Source of the DNA: an uncultured Gemmatimonadaceae bacterium | GTDB taxonomy: Bacteria; Gemmatimonadota; Gemmatimonadetes; Gemmatimonadales; Gemmatimonadaceae | Direction of reading: 5' to 3' | Length of the DNA stretch: 64,000 nucleotides | Assembly: GCA_963843845.1 (NCBI GenBank) | Contig: CAWJMB010000002.1 | Span: 1,184,001-1,248,000 of the forward strand | In this document: piece after piece, positions 47,991 to 58,817 of the stretch | How the letters are laid out: each line of letters starts with the position of its first letter | Numbering within the stretch: position 1 is the stretch's first letter | Position numbers and translations under genes: made by a program | Notes under the pieces: generated by a model | Seen by the model: the letters and a program-made list of their open reading frames with translations, nothing else | The model's database searches: none | What the model was told of the DNA's origin: nothing

Positions 47991-49178
47991 CTACCCACCC
48001 CGGCGGCGCGGGTTCGCGCGAGCGTCGACGAGTCGGTGGTACAGCGCCTCGTGGGCGTCCGCCATCGTCTCGACACTGAACTCCCGTACGATGCGATCGT
48101 AGGCACTCGCGGCGAGCCGCCGGCGCAGCGGAGGGTCGTTCGCGAGGCGGGTCAGTGCGTGGGCGAGGGCACTCGCATCTCCGGGCGGGACCACGAGGGC
48201 ATCCTGCTCATCGCGGACCATGGACGGGATGCCGCCGACCCCTGATGCGACGATCGCTGTCTGACTGCTCATCGCTTCGAGAAGGGCGATGGGCATCGCC
48301 TCGTTCATCGATGGCATCGCGTACACGTCAGCGGCAGCGAGAACGTCCGGAATGTCCAGGCGCGGTCCGAGCAACAGCGCGCGCTCGGCCCACCCGCGCG
48401 CCGCGATGAACTCCGCGAGTTCCGAGGCCGCCTCTTCCGGCCGGCCGGCGATCGCGACACGCCACGGAATCGACTCGGGCAGGCGGGCGAGCGCCTCGAG
48501 GAGTACCAGGTGTCCTTTGTTGCGGAACAGATTGCCGACCGCTACGACCAAGATCTCGTCGGGCGCCACCGCCAGTTCGCGTCGTACGGCGCTGCGCTCT
48601 CCACGCACGACCGGAATCCCGTTCGGGATGATCTGCATTCGGTCGGCCGCGCGGCCGAGCACGTCGCGCAGCTCGGATTTCAGCGCCGACGAGACCGAGA
48701 TCACCGCCTCCGCCGCGTAGAAGGCGGCGGCAAGTGCCCACCGCCGCCGCCGCGCGGACGTCTCACGCTGTGTGCCGTGCATCGTGATGACGTGCGGCAT
48801 CGGTGAGAAGCGTGTCGCGAGGGTGCCGAACACGCCCATCGTGAACATGTGGCTGTGCAGCACATCCGCGTCGATCCGGCGCAGTGTGTCGCGGACCGAC
48901 GTCACGCACTCGAGTCGCACGCGCCCGAGCGGGATCGAGTGCGTCGGGATCCCCTCCGAGCGGAACTGCGCGCCGAGCCACCCGTCCCGGTTCTCCGGCC
49001 CCAGAAAATGCACGTCGTGGCCGCGCGTCCGCAGCGCGACGCCGAGGTGTACCAGCATGCGCTCGGCGCCCCCGATGACGTCGGATTCGGTCGCCAGCGC
49101 GATACGAAGCGGCCGATCGGCCCGGAGGCGTTCGCCGCCGCCGACGTCCGACGCTGTCGATGGAATCGACGCCGTCAC
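47991..49178 (-). CDS. Glycosyltransferase family 4
   Basis: GGAER, IPNGI, KGH, EAMPIALLEAM; GTG overlaps the upstream stop. Confidence 0.88.
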   Translation of the reverse strand: MTASIPSTASDVGGGERLRADRPLRIALATESDVIGGAERMLVHLGVALRTRGHDVHFLGPENRDGWLGAQFRSEGIPTHSIPLGRVRLECVTSVRDTLRRIDADVLHSHMFTMGVFGTLATRFSPMPHVITMHGTQRETSARRRRWALAAAFYAAEAVISVSSALKSELRDVLGRAADRMQIIPNGIPVVRGERSAVRRELAVAPDEILVVAVGNLFRNKGHLVLLEALARLPESIPWRVAIAGRPEEAASELAEFIAARGWAERALLLGPRLDIPDVLAAADVYAMPSMNEAMPIALLEAMSSQTAIVASGVGGIPSMVRDEQDALVVPPGDASALAHALTRLANDPPLRRRLAASAYDRIVREFSVETMADAHEALYHRLVDARANPRRRGG

Positions 49179-50215
49179 GCGACGTGTGAAGTCGGCGTCG
49201 CTGCCACGGCCGGGGGCACATGCCACACCGGCCGCTCGCCGCGTCCTTCGGCCTGGTACCACTGCACCATCCGCTCGAGCCCCTCGCGCAGCGTGGCGCG
49301 GGGGACGAAGCCGGCCGCGCGCGCGCGGTCCGACTCGAACTTGGTCTGCTCCGAGGCGAGCTTGCGGATCCGTGCCGACGAGACGGGGAGGTTTCGCCCG
49401 GTGACCTTGATGAAGGCGTCGAACGGCGCGGCGAGCGCGAGCGCCACGGGGAGCGGCACCGACGCTCGCGGCGCGCGCCGGCCGAGCGCCTCGTAGATCG
49501 TGTCGGCGATCTCGCGGCTCGTCATGTCCGGCTTCTCGACCCAGTTGTACCGCTCGACCGCGCCGTGCGGCGCGTGATCCCAGAGAAAGAGCGTCGCGTC
49601 GACGAGGTTCTCGACGTACGAGAGACTCTTCACGTTCGTCCCCGCGCCGACCGGGAGGAAGCGCCCGCGGTCGATCTGACGGATCAGCGAGTACATGTTC
49701 GCGAAGTTTCGCGCCCCGAAGGTGATCGTCGGGCGAATGACGAGCACGCGCCGCCCGCCCGCCGTCGCCCAGCCCTCGAACACCGCCTCGCCGGCGAGCT
49801 TCGACGCGCCGTACGGGTTGACCGGCGCCTTCGGCGAGTGCTCGTGGTGCGGCTCCGGCGCCGACCCGTAGACCGCGACGCTCGAGTAGAAGCACACTCG
49901 CCCCACGCCGGCGGCGTCCATCGCGTCGCAGAGCACCTGGCTGCCGCGCTCGTTGACGTCGAAGTACGTCTCGTAGGCGATGCCGAAGTCGTGGTGCGCG
50001 GCCGCGAGGTGGAAAACCGCCTCGCAGCCGTCGAGCGCCGCACGTACGGCGTTCGCGTCGCGCACGTCGCCGGCGACGTACCGGTCCGGGCGCGGCGCCG
50101 CGTCGGCGGGCGGCTTCAGGTCGAGCACGTGGAAGTGGTCCCCGCGCGCCGCGAGCCGCTCGCAGAGGTAGCGGCCGATGAAGCCGGAGCCGCCGGTGAC
50201 GAGGTAGCGAGCCAT
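49175..50215 (-). CDS. NAD-dependent epimerase/dehydratase
   Basis: VTGGSGFIG, SSVAVYG, YGASK. Confidence 0.88.
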   Translation of the reverse strand: MARYLVTGGSGFIGRYLCERLAARGDHFHVLDLKPPADAAPRPDRYVAGDVRDANAVRAALDGCEAVFHLAAAHHDFGIAYETYFDVNERGSQVLCDAMDAAGVGRVCFYSSVAVYGSAPEPHHEHSPKAPVNPYGASKLAGEAVFEGWATAGGRRVLVIRPTITFGARNFANMYSLIRQIDRGRFLPVGAGTNVKSLSYVENLVDATLFLWDHAPHGAVERYNWVEKPDMTSREIADTIYEALGRRAPRASVPLPVALALAAPFDAFIKVTGRNLPVSSARIRKLASEQTKFESDRARAAGFVPRATLREGLERMVQWYQAEGRGERPVWHVPPAVAATPTSHVA

Positions 50216-50270
50216 CAGGAAGACGGGTGCGATGCCGACGCGACGCCGGCGATGGAAGCGAGGAGCACGG

Positions 50271-51458
50271 TCACTCGGCGGCGACGCCGACCGCGCGCTC
50301 ACCGCGCACGACGGCCTCGAACGCACGCGACGATCGGTCGACGAGGCGGTCGACGGTGAACTCGCGAACGATCCGCTCGCGCGCGCGGGCCCCGAGTGCC
50401 TCGCGCTCGTCCGCGCGGTGCGCGAGGAGTCGCGCCCACCCCGCGGCGAGCGCCGCCGGGTCGCGCGGCGGCACTGCGATGCCTGCGTCGCCGATCACCG
50501 CCGCCGCGTCGCCGCTCGACGCCGCGACGCACGGCGTGCCGCACGCCATCGCCTCACCGAGGACGTTCGGAAACCCCTCACCGAAGGCGGACGCGCTCGT
50601 GACGATGTCCGCGCCGTTGTAGAGCGACGCGACGTCGCGTACGGCGGGCATCCATGTCACGCGCTCCGCGAGACCGCATCGCTCGGCCTCCGCCCGCAGC
50701 TCGGCGCCGTAGGCGGCGTCGCCGTCGCCGGCGCAGACGAACCGCGGCGCGGCCTCGCCGAGCTGTGAGGTCAGTTGCGCCGCCGCAGCGAGGAAGGTGT
50801 GGTGGTCCTTCATCGGATCGAGCCGCGCCGGCAGCGCCACCACGCGCTCGGCGAGCGCGATGCCGTGTGCGGCACGCCACCGCCGCCCGGCGTCGGCGTC
50901 GGGTGCGAACGCGCGCACGTCGACCGCGTTCGGAATCACGATGAAGTCGTTCGCCGGATAGCCCTCGGCGACGTGGGACGCGCGGCCGGCGTGGGAGTTC
51001 GCGATCAGCAGGTCGGGGAAGCGCGACAGCGCCGTCCCGAGGCGGTGCACGGTGCGGCGAAAGCGGGTGTAGCGCGAGAAGTCCTGGTCGGAGATGCGGA
51101 TCCCCCACGCGACCTTCGCCCCGACCGCGCGCCCCGCGAGGAGCGCGAGCTCGTTCGCCGGGATCATGTAGCCGTGCACGAGGTGTGGCCGCACGTCGCG
51201 CGCGAGCGCGAGCAGCCGTCGGCCGAACGCCGCGGTGTCCCACCGGCCGCGCTTGTCGAGCGACACGAGCCGGACGTGTGGCGCGCCGCTCAATGCCTCC
51301 CAGATCCCTCCACCGCTGTACATCGCCGCCACGGTCACGTCGAACCGATCCGGGTCGAGCCCGCGTGCGAGGAGCGAGAGCTGGCGCTCCGCGCCGCCGA
51401 TCGCCAGGTGACGGATGAGGAACAGAATGCGGATGCGGTCGCGCGAAGTCGAGGTCAC
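50271..51458 (-). CDS. Glycosyltransferase family 4
   Basis: GGAERQL, RLDPMKDH, EGFPNVLGEAMACG. Confidence 0.9.
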   Translation of the reverse strand: MTSTSRDRIRILFLIRHLAIGGAERQLSLLARGLDPDRFDVTVAAMYSGGGIWEALSGAPHVRLVSLDKRGRWDTAAFGRRLLALARDVRPHLVHGYMIPANELALLAGRAVGAKVAWGIRISDQDFSRYTRFRRTVHRLGTALSRFPDLLIANSHAGRASHVAEGYPANDFIVIPNAVDVRAFAPDADAGRRWRAAHGIALAERVVALPARLDPMKDHHTFLAAAAQLTSQLGEAAPRFVCAGDGDAAYGAELRAEAERCGLAERVTWMPAVRDVASLYNGADIVTSASAFGEGFPNVLGEAMACGTPCVAASSGDAAAVIGDAGIAVPPRDPAALAAGWARLLAHRADEREALGARARERIVREFTVDRLVDRSSRAFEAVVRGERAVGVAAE

Positions 51459-51586
51459 GCAGGTTGGACGAGCGAGCACGGGAACGGCAAACTTGAGAAT
51501 ATAGAGCTGGCGGGTGTTGCCGGTTGGCTGGTCGGTCAGTCGCACTTAGTGTAGTGCGGTCCCTCCTTCTTCCGCCTTCCGCGTTC

Positions 51587-52623
51587 ATGTCTCGCCCGAT
51601 TCTCGTCACTGGCGCCGCCGGATTCATCGGCTCGCACGTTGCCCACCGGCTGCTCGCCCGCGGCGACCGCGTGGTCGGGCTCGACAATGTCAACGACTAC
51701 TACGACGTGCGCGCTCAAGGAGGCGCGGCTCGCCGCGCTGCAGGCTCGCGACGGCTTCACGTTCCGGCGTCTGGACATCGGCGACCGCGACGGGATGCAG
51801 GCGCTGTTCGCGCGCGAGCGCTTCGAGCGCGTCATCCACCTCGCCGCGCAGGCCGGCGTTCGCTACTCGATCGAGAATCCCGCACGCCTACGTCGACGCG
51901 AACGTCACCGGGTTCCTGAACGTCCTCGAAGGGTGCCGGCACGCGGAGAGCGCGCACCTCGTCTACGCGTCGACGTCGTCGGTCTACGGGGCGAACACGC
52001 GGATGCCGTTCAGCGAGCACGACGACGTCGACCATCCCGTGAGCTTCTACGCGGCGACGAAGCGCGCGAACGAGTTGATGGCGCACACGTACAGCCACCT
52101 CTTCCGGCTGCCGACGACGGGGCTGCGCTTCTTCACGGTCTACGGCCCGTGGGGGCGCCCCGACATGGCGCTGTTCAAGTTCGCACGCGCGATCCTCGCC
52201 GGCGAGCCGATCGACGTCTACAATCACGGCGACATGCGGCGCGACTTCACGTACGTCGACGACATCGCCGAGGGCGTCGTGCGCGCGCTCGACCGGCCGG
52301 CGGTGCCGAACGCCGAGTGGACCGGCGACGATCCCGATCCGGCGACGAGCGCCGCACCGTACCGCATCTACAACATCGGCAACAACGAGCCGGTGCAGCT
52401 CCTCCGCTTCATCGACGTGCTCGAGGACTGCCTGGGCCGACGCGCGATCCGCAACATGCTGCCGATGCAGCCCGGCGACGTCCCGGCGACGTACGCCGAC
52501 GTCGCGGAACTGTCGCGCGACGTCGGGTTCGCCCCGGAGACTCCGATCGAGGTCGGCGTCCGCCGGTTCGCCGAGTGGTACCTGTCGTATTACGGCGACG
52601 GCGCGGCGCCGTCGTCGCGCTAG
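51587..52623 (+). CDS. UDP-glucuronate 4-epimerase, frameshifted
   Basis: [48 protein letters not shown]. Confidence 0.92.
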
Positions 52624-52643
52624 CTCCCGCCTTCTTCCCCCCT

Positions 52644-53954
52644 GTGCGCATCACGATCATCGGTAGCGGCTACGTCGGACTCGTCTCCGGCGCCTGTTTC
52701 GCGCAGTTCGGCCACGACGTCATCTGCGTCGACAAGGACGAGAGCAAGATCTCGCGGCTGTTGCAGGGGGAGATCCCGATCTACGAGCCGGGGCTCGATC
52801 AGCTCGTCGCGGACAACGTGCGCGCCGGGCGTCTCGCGTTCACGACGTCGCTCGCCGAGGCCGTTCCCGGCGCGGCCGCCGTGTTCATCGCCGTCGGCAC
52901 GCCGAGCCGACGCGGCGACGGCCACGCGGATCTGTCGTATGTCTACGCGGCGGCGGAGGAGATCGCCGCGGCGCTCGACGGCTACACCGTCATCGTCGAC
53001 AAGTCGACCGTCCCGGTCGGGACCGGGCGCGAGGTCGAGCGGATCGTCCGCGCGGCGCGCCCCGGCGCCGACTTCGACGTCGCGTCGAACCCCGAGTTTC
53101 TCCGGGAAGGCTCGGCGATCGAAGACTTCATGCGGCCGGACCGCGTCGTCATCGGCACCACGAGCGAGCGGGCGCGCGACGTCATGCGGCAGCTCTATCG
53201 TCCGCTCTTCCTGCTCGAGACGCCGATCGTGATGACGACGCTCGAGACGGCCGAGCTCATCAAGTACGCCGCGAACGCGTTCCTGGCGACGAAGATCACG
53301 TTCATCAACGAGATCGCGAACATCTGCGAGCAGGTCGGTGCGGACGTGCAGGACGTCGCGAAGGGGATGGGGCTCGACGGGCGGATCGGGAAGAAGTTCT
53401 TGCACGCCGGGCCGGGCTACGGCGGATCGTGTTTCCCGAAAGACACACGCGCGCTCGCTCGCTCGGCGCGCGAGGTGGGGGCACCGATCCAGCTCGTCGA
53501 GACGGTGATCGCGGTGAACGACGCGCGCAAACGCGCGATGGCCGACCGCGTGGTCGCCGCGGCCGGCGGGTCGCTCGCGGAACGGCGCGTCGGCGTCCTC
53601 GGCGTCAGCTTCAAGCCGAATACCGACGACATGCGCGAGGCACCGAGCCTCGACGTGATCCCCGCCCTGCAGGCGGCCGGTGCGCGCATCCAGGCGTACG
53701 ACCCGGCAGCGATGCACGAGGCGGCGAAGTATCTCGACGACGTCACGTGGTGCGAGAGCGCGTACGACGCGATCGACGGGGCGGACGTGCTGCTGCTCCT
53801 GACCGAGTGGAACGAGTTCCGGGCGCTCGATCTGGCGCGCGTGCGGTCGCTCCTCGCGCAGCCGATCGTCGTCGACTTGCGGAACGTCTACCGCGCCGAC
53901 GAGATGGCGGCCGCCGGGCTCACCTACCACTCGATCGGCCGCCCGGCACTGTAG
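52644..53954 (+). CDS. ugd: UDP-glucose 6-dehydrogenase
   Basis: GSGYVGL, KSTVP, NPEFLREG, GYGGSCFPKD, FKPNTDDMRE. Confidence 0.95.
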   Translation: MRITIIGSGYVGLVSGACFAQFGHDVICVDKDESKISRLLQGEIPIYEPGLDQLVADNVRAGRLAFTTSLAEAVPGAAAVFIAVGTPSRRGDGHADLSYVYAAAEEIAAALDGYTVIVDKSTVPVGTGREVERIVRAARPGADFDVASNPEFLREGSAIEDFMRPDRVVIGTTSERARDVMRQLYRPLFLLETPIVMTTLETAELIKYAANAFLATKITFINEIANICEQVGADVQDVAKGMGLDGRIGKKFLHAGPGYGGSCFPKDTRALARSAREVGAPIQLVETVIAVNDARKRAMADRVVAAAGGSLAERRVGVLGVSFKPNTDDMREAPSLDVIPALQAAGARIQAYDPAAMHEAAKYLDDVTWCESAYDAIDGADVLLLLTEWNEFRALDLARVRSLLAQPIVVDLRNVYRADEMAAAGLTYHSIGRPAL

Positions 53955-54014
53955 CAGCGGGCGACGGAGGGCCCGGCGACCGAGCGCCGGGCGTGCGATC
54001 TCAGGCGCGCCCGC

Positions 54015-54884
54015 TCAGTGCGCGCCGCGCCGGAACATCATCACCGGCACGGTCATGATCATGATCTTGAGGTCGAACCAGAGGCTCTGCTGCTCGATGT
54101 ACGCGAGGTCGTACTCGACCTTCTTGCGCACGTCCTCGATGCACGAGTCGTAGCTGTGGTTGATCTGCGCCCAGCCGGTGATGCCGGGCTTCACGCGGTG
54201 CCGCAGCGGGTACTCGGGGATCTCCGAGCGCAGGCGCACCACGATGCTCGGCCGCTCGGGGCGCGGGCCGACGATGTTCATCTCGCCGCGCAGCACGTTG
54301 ATGAGCTGCGGGATCTCGTCGATGCGCGTCTTGCGCATGACGTGACCGATCGGCGTGATGCGTGCGTCGTGCTTCGTCGCCCACACGGCCTGCCCGTTCG
54401 CCTCGGCGTCGATGCGCATCGAGCGGAACTTGAGAATCGTGAACGGCTGCCCGCCGAGGTCCTCGATGCGGCGCTCGCGGAGCGCGTTCGACCGGTTCCA
54501 ACGACGGTCGGCGCCGACACGGGTCTGCGTGTAGAACACCGGCCCGCGCGACGTCAGCTTCACGAGGATGGCGACGAGCACACAGAGTGGCGCGAGCACG
54601 AGCAGCGCGATCGCCGCGATCGTCACGTTGACGACCCGCGCGGCCTGCTCGGCGCGCTCGGCGGGGAGCACGTCCCGCACGGTGTCCGGACCCGTCTCGG
54701 CGACGCTGGCGTCGAAGGTCGCCATCATCGGCAATTCTGAGTCTGCCACGCCGGCGTCGATGGCCAGTGGTCCGCTCACGCGCCAGCGCGCGAACGAGGC
54801 TCTGACGTCACCCAGTGTCCGATCATGTAGAATCGCCGCGGGGTGCGCGGTCGTCGGGGTGACCTGCGGGCTCTGACGCTCCAT
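54015..54884 (-). CDS. Priming sugar transferase (polyprenyl glycosylphosphotransferase, Bac_transf)
   Basis: KFRSM, RIDEIPQL, VGPRPERP, KPGITGWAQ. Confidence 0.92.
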   Translation of the reverse strand: MERQSPQVTPTTAHPAAILHDRTLGDVRASFARWRVSGPLAIDAGVADSELPMMATFDASVAETGPDTVRDVLPAERAEQAARVVNVTIAAIALLVLAPLCVLVAILVKLTSRGPVFYTQTRVGADRRWNRSNALRERRIEDLGGQPFTILKFRSMRIDAEANGQAVWATKHDARITPIGHVMRKTRIDEIPQLINVLRGEMNIVGPRPERPSIVVRLRSEIPEYPLRHRVKPGITGWAQINHSYDSCIEDVRKKVEYDLAYIEQQSLWFDLKIMIMTVPVMMFRRGAH

Positions 54885-54888
54885 ACGG

Positions 54889-55695
54889 TCACTCGGCGTA
54901 CGACGCCCGGATCAGGGCGAGGATGGTTCCGAACGCAGTGAGCCCGATGAAGATCGACTGCGCCGACGGCGCCCACCGACGGTTCTTCTTCTCGGCGACG
55001 TGGATCTCGTCGCCGGATCGAAGCCCGATGTCCTCGACTGTGGCGCCTTCGCGCAACGACTTCGTGACGGCCTTCTCGTCGTACACGCGCGTCGCGCCAC
55101 GTTTGATCGTGATCTTGTCGTACTGCCCGCTCGAGGTCGGGCCGCCGGCGTTGGCGATCGCGTCGCTGAGCTGGCGCGTCGGGTCGACGTTGTAGAAGCC
55201 AGGGCGAGCGACGGCGCCGGTGATCGAGACGCGCGTGAGCGGATACACGCGGACGCGCGGTTCGCGTACGTACGTGCCGACGTACCGCTCCATCGCCGGC
55301 TGAAGCTCGGAGAGCAACACGCCGCGCAGGGAGAACGGCGACCAGTTGAGTAGCGTGACCTCGACATTCTCGCGCACGAGCACCGTATCGGCACGTCGCT
55401 CGCCAGCGCCGAAGTCGATCAGGAAGCGGTCGCCGGTCCGGATGTCGCCGTCGGTGAGCCGGGTGCGCAGCTCCGCGATCTCACGATCGCGGTCCTTGGC
55501 GGACCTCCCGCCACCTGTCGCACGCTGGAGCGAATCCAGTCGAGTCGTCAGCTCGGCGCGCGTGGCGTCCATCGTGCCCGACGTGACCGGGCGCTCGGCC
55601 GGTTGACCGGACGGCTGGGCGTTCGCCTGTGCACGTCCGCTCGACGAGAGCAGCAGCAGGCCGACAGACGCGCCGCGCACGAAGCGCAGAGCCAC
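54889..55695 (-). CDS. SLBB-domain polysaccharide export protein (Wza/OPX-like); start uncertain
   Basis: VSITGAVARPG...DAIANAGG...LRSGDEIHV SLBB; C-terminal hydrophobic helix; next to wzc. Confidence 0.75.
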   Translation of the reverse strand: MALRFVRGASVGLLLLSSSGRAQANAQPSGQPAERPVTSGTMDATRAELTTRLDSLQRATGGGRSAKDRDREIAELRTRLTDGDIRTGDRFLIDFGAGERRADTVLVRENVEVTLLNWSPFSLRGVLLSELQPAMERYVGTYVREPRVRVYPLTRVSITGAVARPGFYNVDPTRQLSDAIANAGGPTSSGQYDKITIKRGATRVYDEKAVTKSLREGATVEDIGLRSGDEIHVAEKKNRRWAPSAQSIFIGLTAFGTILALIRASYAE

Positions 55696-55838
55696 ACGAA
55701 AGCGAGACTTGAGCAACGTCGGAAGATCGAGAGGGCAGCAGCTACGCATCCGGACCGCCGCGGTCCGGTGCGCTGGAGACGAACCGGGGCGGTGCACCCG
55801 GCGGGCGAGCTGAGCCGCCGCACCGAGTTCCAGCCCCT

Positions 55839-55867
55839 ATTCTACAACTTCTGGTACACCGCATCAA
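55839..55867 (-). promoter_or_regulatory. Sigma70-type promoter upstream of the Wza-like gene
   Basis: TTGATG-17 nt-TAGAAT on the minus strand in an AT-rich intergenic island. Confidence 0.65.
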
Positions 55868-55904
55868 TAATTGTCGACTCGACGCACCAGAGTCTGAAGT
55901 GCCA

Positions 55905-55937
55905 GAAACGCAGAAGACCCGGCGCGTGCGCCGGGTC
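55905..55937 (-). terminator. Probable intrinsic terminator after wzc
   Basis: Stem GACCCGGCGC/GCGCCGGGTC followed on the minus strand by TTCTGCGTTTC. Confidence 0.5.
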
Positions 55938-55967
55938 CTCGACTGCCTCCGGACCGATCCGTCGTGC

Positions 55968-58460
55968 TCAGTCGTCGCCGTGCACGGCGACCGCCCCGCC
56001 TCTCTCGCTCCCCGCCGTGAGCGCCGGCGCGTCCTCGGCCATCACGTAGTCCGGGTCGTAGGAGTAGTACTGATACATCATCGAATCGGTCTGCACCTCG
56101 TTCAGAATCGCGCCCATCAGCGTGATCGGGAGGTGCGAGACGACGCCGAGCTTCGCCTTCGCCATCTTGATGTTCGTGCGGTTGTGGCGCAGCACGAGCG
56201 CGAGCTGGCCGCACGCCGTGCCGATCGCGTACGCGTCGGTCCCGGCCCCGAGCGGCGGCGTGTCGATGATGATGACGTCGAACTCGTTCGCGAGCGCCGC
56301 GAGTAGCTGCTTCATGCGCGGCGTCGTGAGCAGCTCCGGCGCGCGGCGATGGCGGGTGCCGCACGGCACGATCGTCAGGTTGTCGTGGCGCGTCGGGTAC
56401 AGCACCTCGGTCAGCAGGCTCGACCCCTCGAGGTAGTCGACGAGTCCTGGCTTCGCCGTGACGTCGAACGTCGTGTTGAGATGACCGCGCCGCGTGTCGG
56501 CGTCGATGACGACGGTCCGCCATCCGCCTTCGGCGAACGACAGGGCGAGGTTGCTCGCGATGAGCGACTTGCCGTCGCCCGGTCCGGGGCTCGTGATGCC
56601 GAATGTGATGGCGCGCTGATTCGCGGCCGCGTAGCGCACGTTCATGCGGATCGCGCGGAACGCCTCGACGATCTGGGCGACCGCCTCCGGCGACTGCCGC
56701 TCCTGGTTCACGCGCGGCACCGCACCGAGCACGTCGAGGCCGAGCTCGGTGCGAACCTGGTCCGGATAGCGGAAGCGGCTATCGAGGCGGTCGAGCAGGA
56801 ACGCGAGCACGACGCCGAGCGCGAGCCCGCCGAGGATGCCGGCGCCGATGAGCTTCGGCGTCGTGTTCGACGTCGGGTCGAGCGGCGTGACCGCGGGGTC
56901 GAGCACCTTCACGTCGGCGATCGCCGACTGGCGCGCGAGGTTCGCGTCCGCGTACGAGAGTCGGAGCTTCGTGTACGTCTCCGTCGCCACGCCGAGCTCG
57001 CGCTGCAAGGCGCTCTGCTGGGTCGTCCGCGTCGGGATCTCGCGCAGCTCGGTCGTCGCGTCGGCAACCTGCGCGCCGACGGTGCGCTCGCGCTCCCGCA
57101 TGATGTCCGCGAACGCCGCGATGCGCTGCGGCAGCACGCGGTCGCGCAGCTCGGCGACGACGCGCATCTGCGCCTGGATCTCGGGAAGCGAGTCCTTGAA
57201 CCCCATCTGGAGCTTTCGAAGCTTCGTCTGCTCCTCGCCGAGTTCCTTGATCGTCGCGCGAAGTGGCTCCGCACTCGGATCGCTCGCGACCATCCCGACA
57301 TTGAGCAGCACTTCGGGCGTCGTGCCCGGCGCTTTGCGGCCGAGCGCGTCGGCCAGGTCGGCGAAGTTGCGACGGTCGCGCTGCAGCGATTCGTACTGGT
57401 ACTTGTTGATCTGGTAAGTGTTGAGGACCGGCTGGTTCAGCTCGATCGAGCTCGTGCCGGCCCCGGTGCCGCCGAGATTCGGGATCTTGACGACGCCGCC
57501 TTCGGACGGCTTCGAGATCGTGGTGACGCGGTAGTTCTCGAGCTGCCGTTCGGTATCGCGGAGCCGCTGCTGCGCCACGTCGAGCTGACTGCCGAGCGCG
57601 GTCGCCTGCTGCACGAGCTCGCGCTGTTTGAGGTCGCCGGCGACGGTGACGAACTGCGCCATCATCGCGTTCAGCGTCGCCGCCGGCTTCTGCGCCGCGG
57701 TGCCGCGGAGCTGCAGGAAGATGACGGGGCTCGTCTCGTTCGTGACCACGTTGAGCCGCGAGCGGATGCTGAGCGAGGCTTCGCGCGGCGTCAGCACCTT
57801 GAAGGCGATCGTGCGCGCTTTCGTCCCGATGAGTCGCGCCGGGGGAACCCAGACGAATCCGGCGCGTCGGCCGACCGAGTCGCCGACGGTGCCCACCTCG
57901 GAGATGGTGCCGAACTTGTCGGTCAGCGTGTAGCGGCCGTTCTCGGTCTTGAACGTGTAGTCGCCCGGAACGAACGACGCGCCCGGCTTGTCGGTGATGC
58001 GGAACCCCGCGAAGAGCGGCAGGTCAGCCGCATCCTTCGGCTGGAGGTAGAGCGCGAGGTCGCGCATCACCGGGTCGATGATCGCGAAGCTCTGGATCAG
58101 GTCACGCCAGCCGGCGTTCTGCGTCAGTGCGCCATCGCTCAGGCCGCGGCCGCCGCTCGTGCGACTCGTCGGCGTCGCGAAGACCGTGGACTGCACCACG
58201 AACTCGGGCTCGATGAAGCGGGTGGCCGCGAAGCCCGCCGCCGTCCCGACGATCGTCGTGAGGACGATCAGCCACCGGTACCGGTGCAGCGCGAGAGCGA
58301 AGCGCGCGAGCGAGAAGCCGCCGGCCTCCTCGCCGGCACCGCCGGCGTAGGGACCACCCGTGTAAGCATCGGGCTCGTACTGGCGAAGCGGCGCTGGCGC
58401 ACTCTGGGCCGGCAGCAGCGCATCGGCGTCGGACGGGAACTGAGGCAGATTCGCGGACAT
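55968..58460 (-). CDS. wzc: Wzc-type polysaccharide co-polymerase / tyrosine autokinase
   Basis: Two TMs, coiled coils, Walker A SPGPGDGKS, IDADTRR, IIIDTPP, Tyr cluster YQYYSYDPDY. Confidence 0.93.
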   Translation of the reverse strand: MSANLPQFPSDADALLPAQSAPAPLRQYEPDAYTGGPYAGGAGEEAGGFSLARFALALHRYRWLIVLTTIVGTAAGFAATRFIEPEFVVQSTVFATPTSRTSGGRGLSDGALTQNAGWRDLIQSFAIIDPVMRDLALYLQPKDAADLPLFAGFRITDKPGASFVPGDYTFKTENGRYTLTDKFGTISEVGTVGDSVGRRAGFVWVPPARLIGTKARTIAFKVLTPREASLSIRSRLNVVTNETSPVIFLQLRGTAAQKPAATLNAMMAQFVTVAGDLKQRELVQQATALGSQLDVAQQRLRDTERQLENYRVTTISKPSEGGVVKIPNLGGTGAGTSSIELNQPVLNTYQINKYQYESLQRDRRNFADLADALGRKAPGTTPEVLLNVGMVASDPSAEPLRATIKELGEEQTKLRKLQMGFKDSLPEIQAQMRVVAELRDRVLPQRIAAFADIMRERERTVGAQVADATTELREIPTRTTQQSALQRELGVATETYTKLRLSYADANLARQSAIADVKVLDPAVTPLDPTSNTTPKLIGAGILGGLALGVVLAFLLDRLDSRFRYPDQVRTELGLDVLGAVPRVNQERQSPEAVAQIVEAFRAIRMNVRYAAANQRAITFGITSPGPGDGKSLIASNLALSFAEGGWRTVVIDADTRRGHLNTTFDVTAKPGLVDYLEGSSLLTEVLYPTRHDNLTIVPCGTRHRRAPELLTTPRMKQLLAALANEFDVIIIDTPPLGAGTDAYAIGTACGQLALVLRHNRTNIKMAKAKLGVVSHLPITLMGAILNEVQTDSMMYQYYSYDPDYVMAEDAPALTAGSERGGAVAVHGDD

Positions 58461-58718
58461 CAGGACTATGACTGCCGTCGAGGGGAAGCTGGAAGCGCGA
58501 CAACGCGACGGCCGACTCGATCGGCCACCGGCGGATACCCGTCGGACGCCGGCCACCCGCAAAGGTCACGGCCGCGATCGATCGTCACCGACGAAGAGCG
58601 ACCGCGGCAGAATACCCGCGACGGAGGATTTCGGTCGCGTCCGACACGCGCTTCAGATCGTATCCGGTGCGGCCGACACCCCACAACCGGGGCGTCCATG
58701 CCACACCGCGTGGTAGGA

Positions 58719-58734
58719 AGCCCACACCGTGCCA
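58719..58734 (-). promoter_or_regulatory. Candidate sigma54 -24/-12 promoter oriented toward wzc
   Basis: TGGCACGGTGTGGGCT fits GG-N10-GC with a perfect TGGCAC but a weak -12 (GGGC instead of TTGC). Confidence 0.35.
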
Positions 58735-58817
58735 CCACACCGCGCCGCGAGCGACGCGCGTCGGCGTGGTAATCAAGCGTTGCACGGCGCCTCTGTCGAG
58801 ACTGGCTCCTCCCGCCT

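Noticed and set aside
55885..55904. TGGCAC upstream of the Wza-like gene as a sigma54 promoter
   Set aside because: No GC at the -12 position; a better sigma70 match lies just downstream
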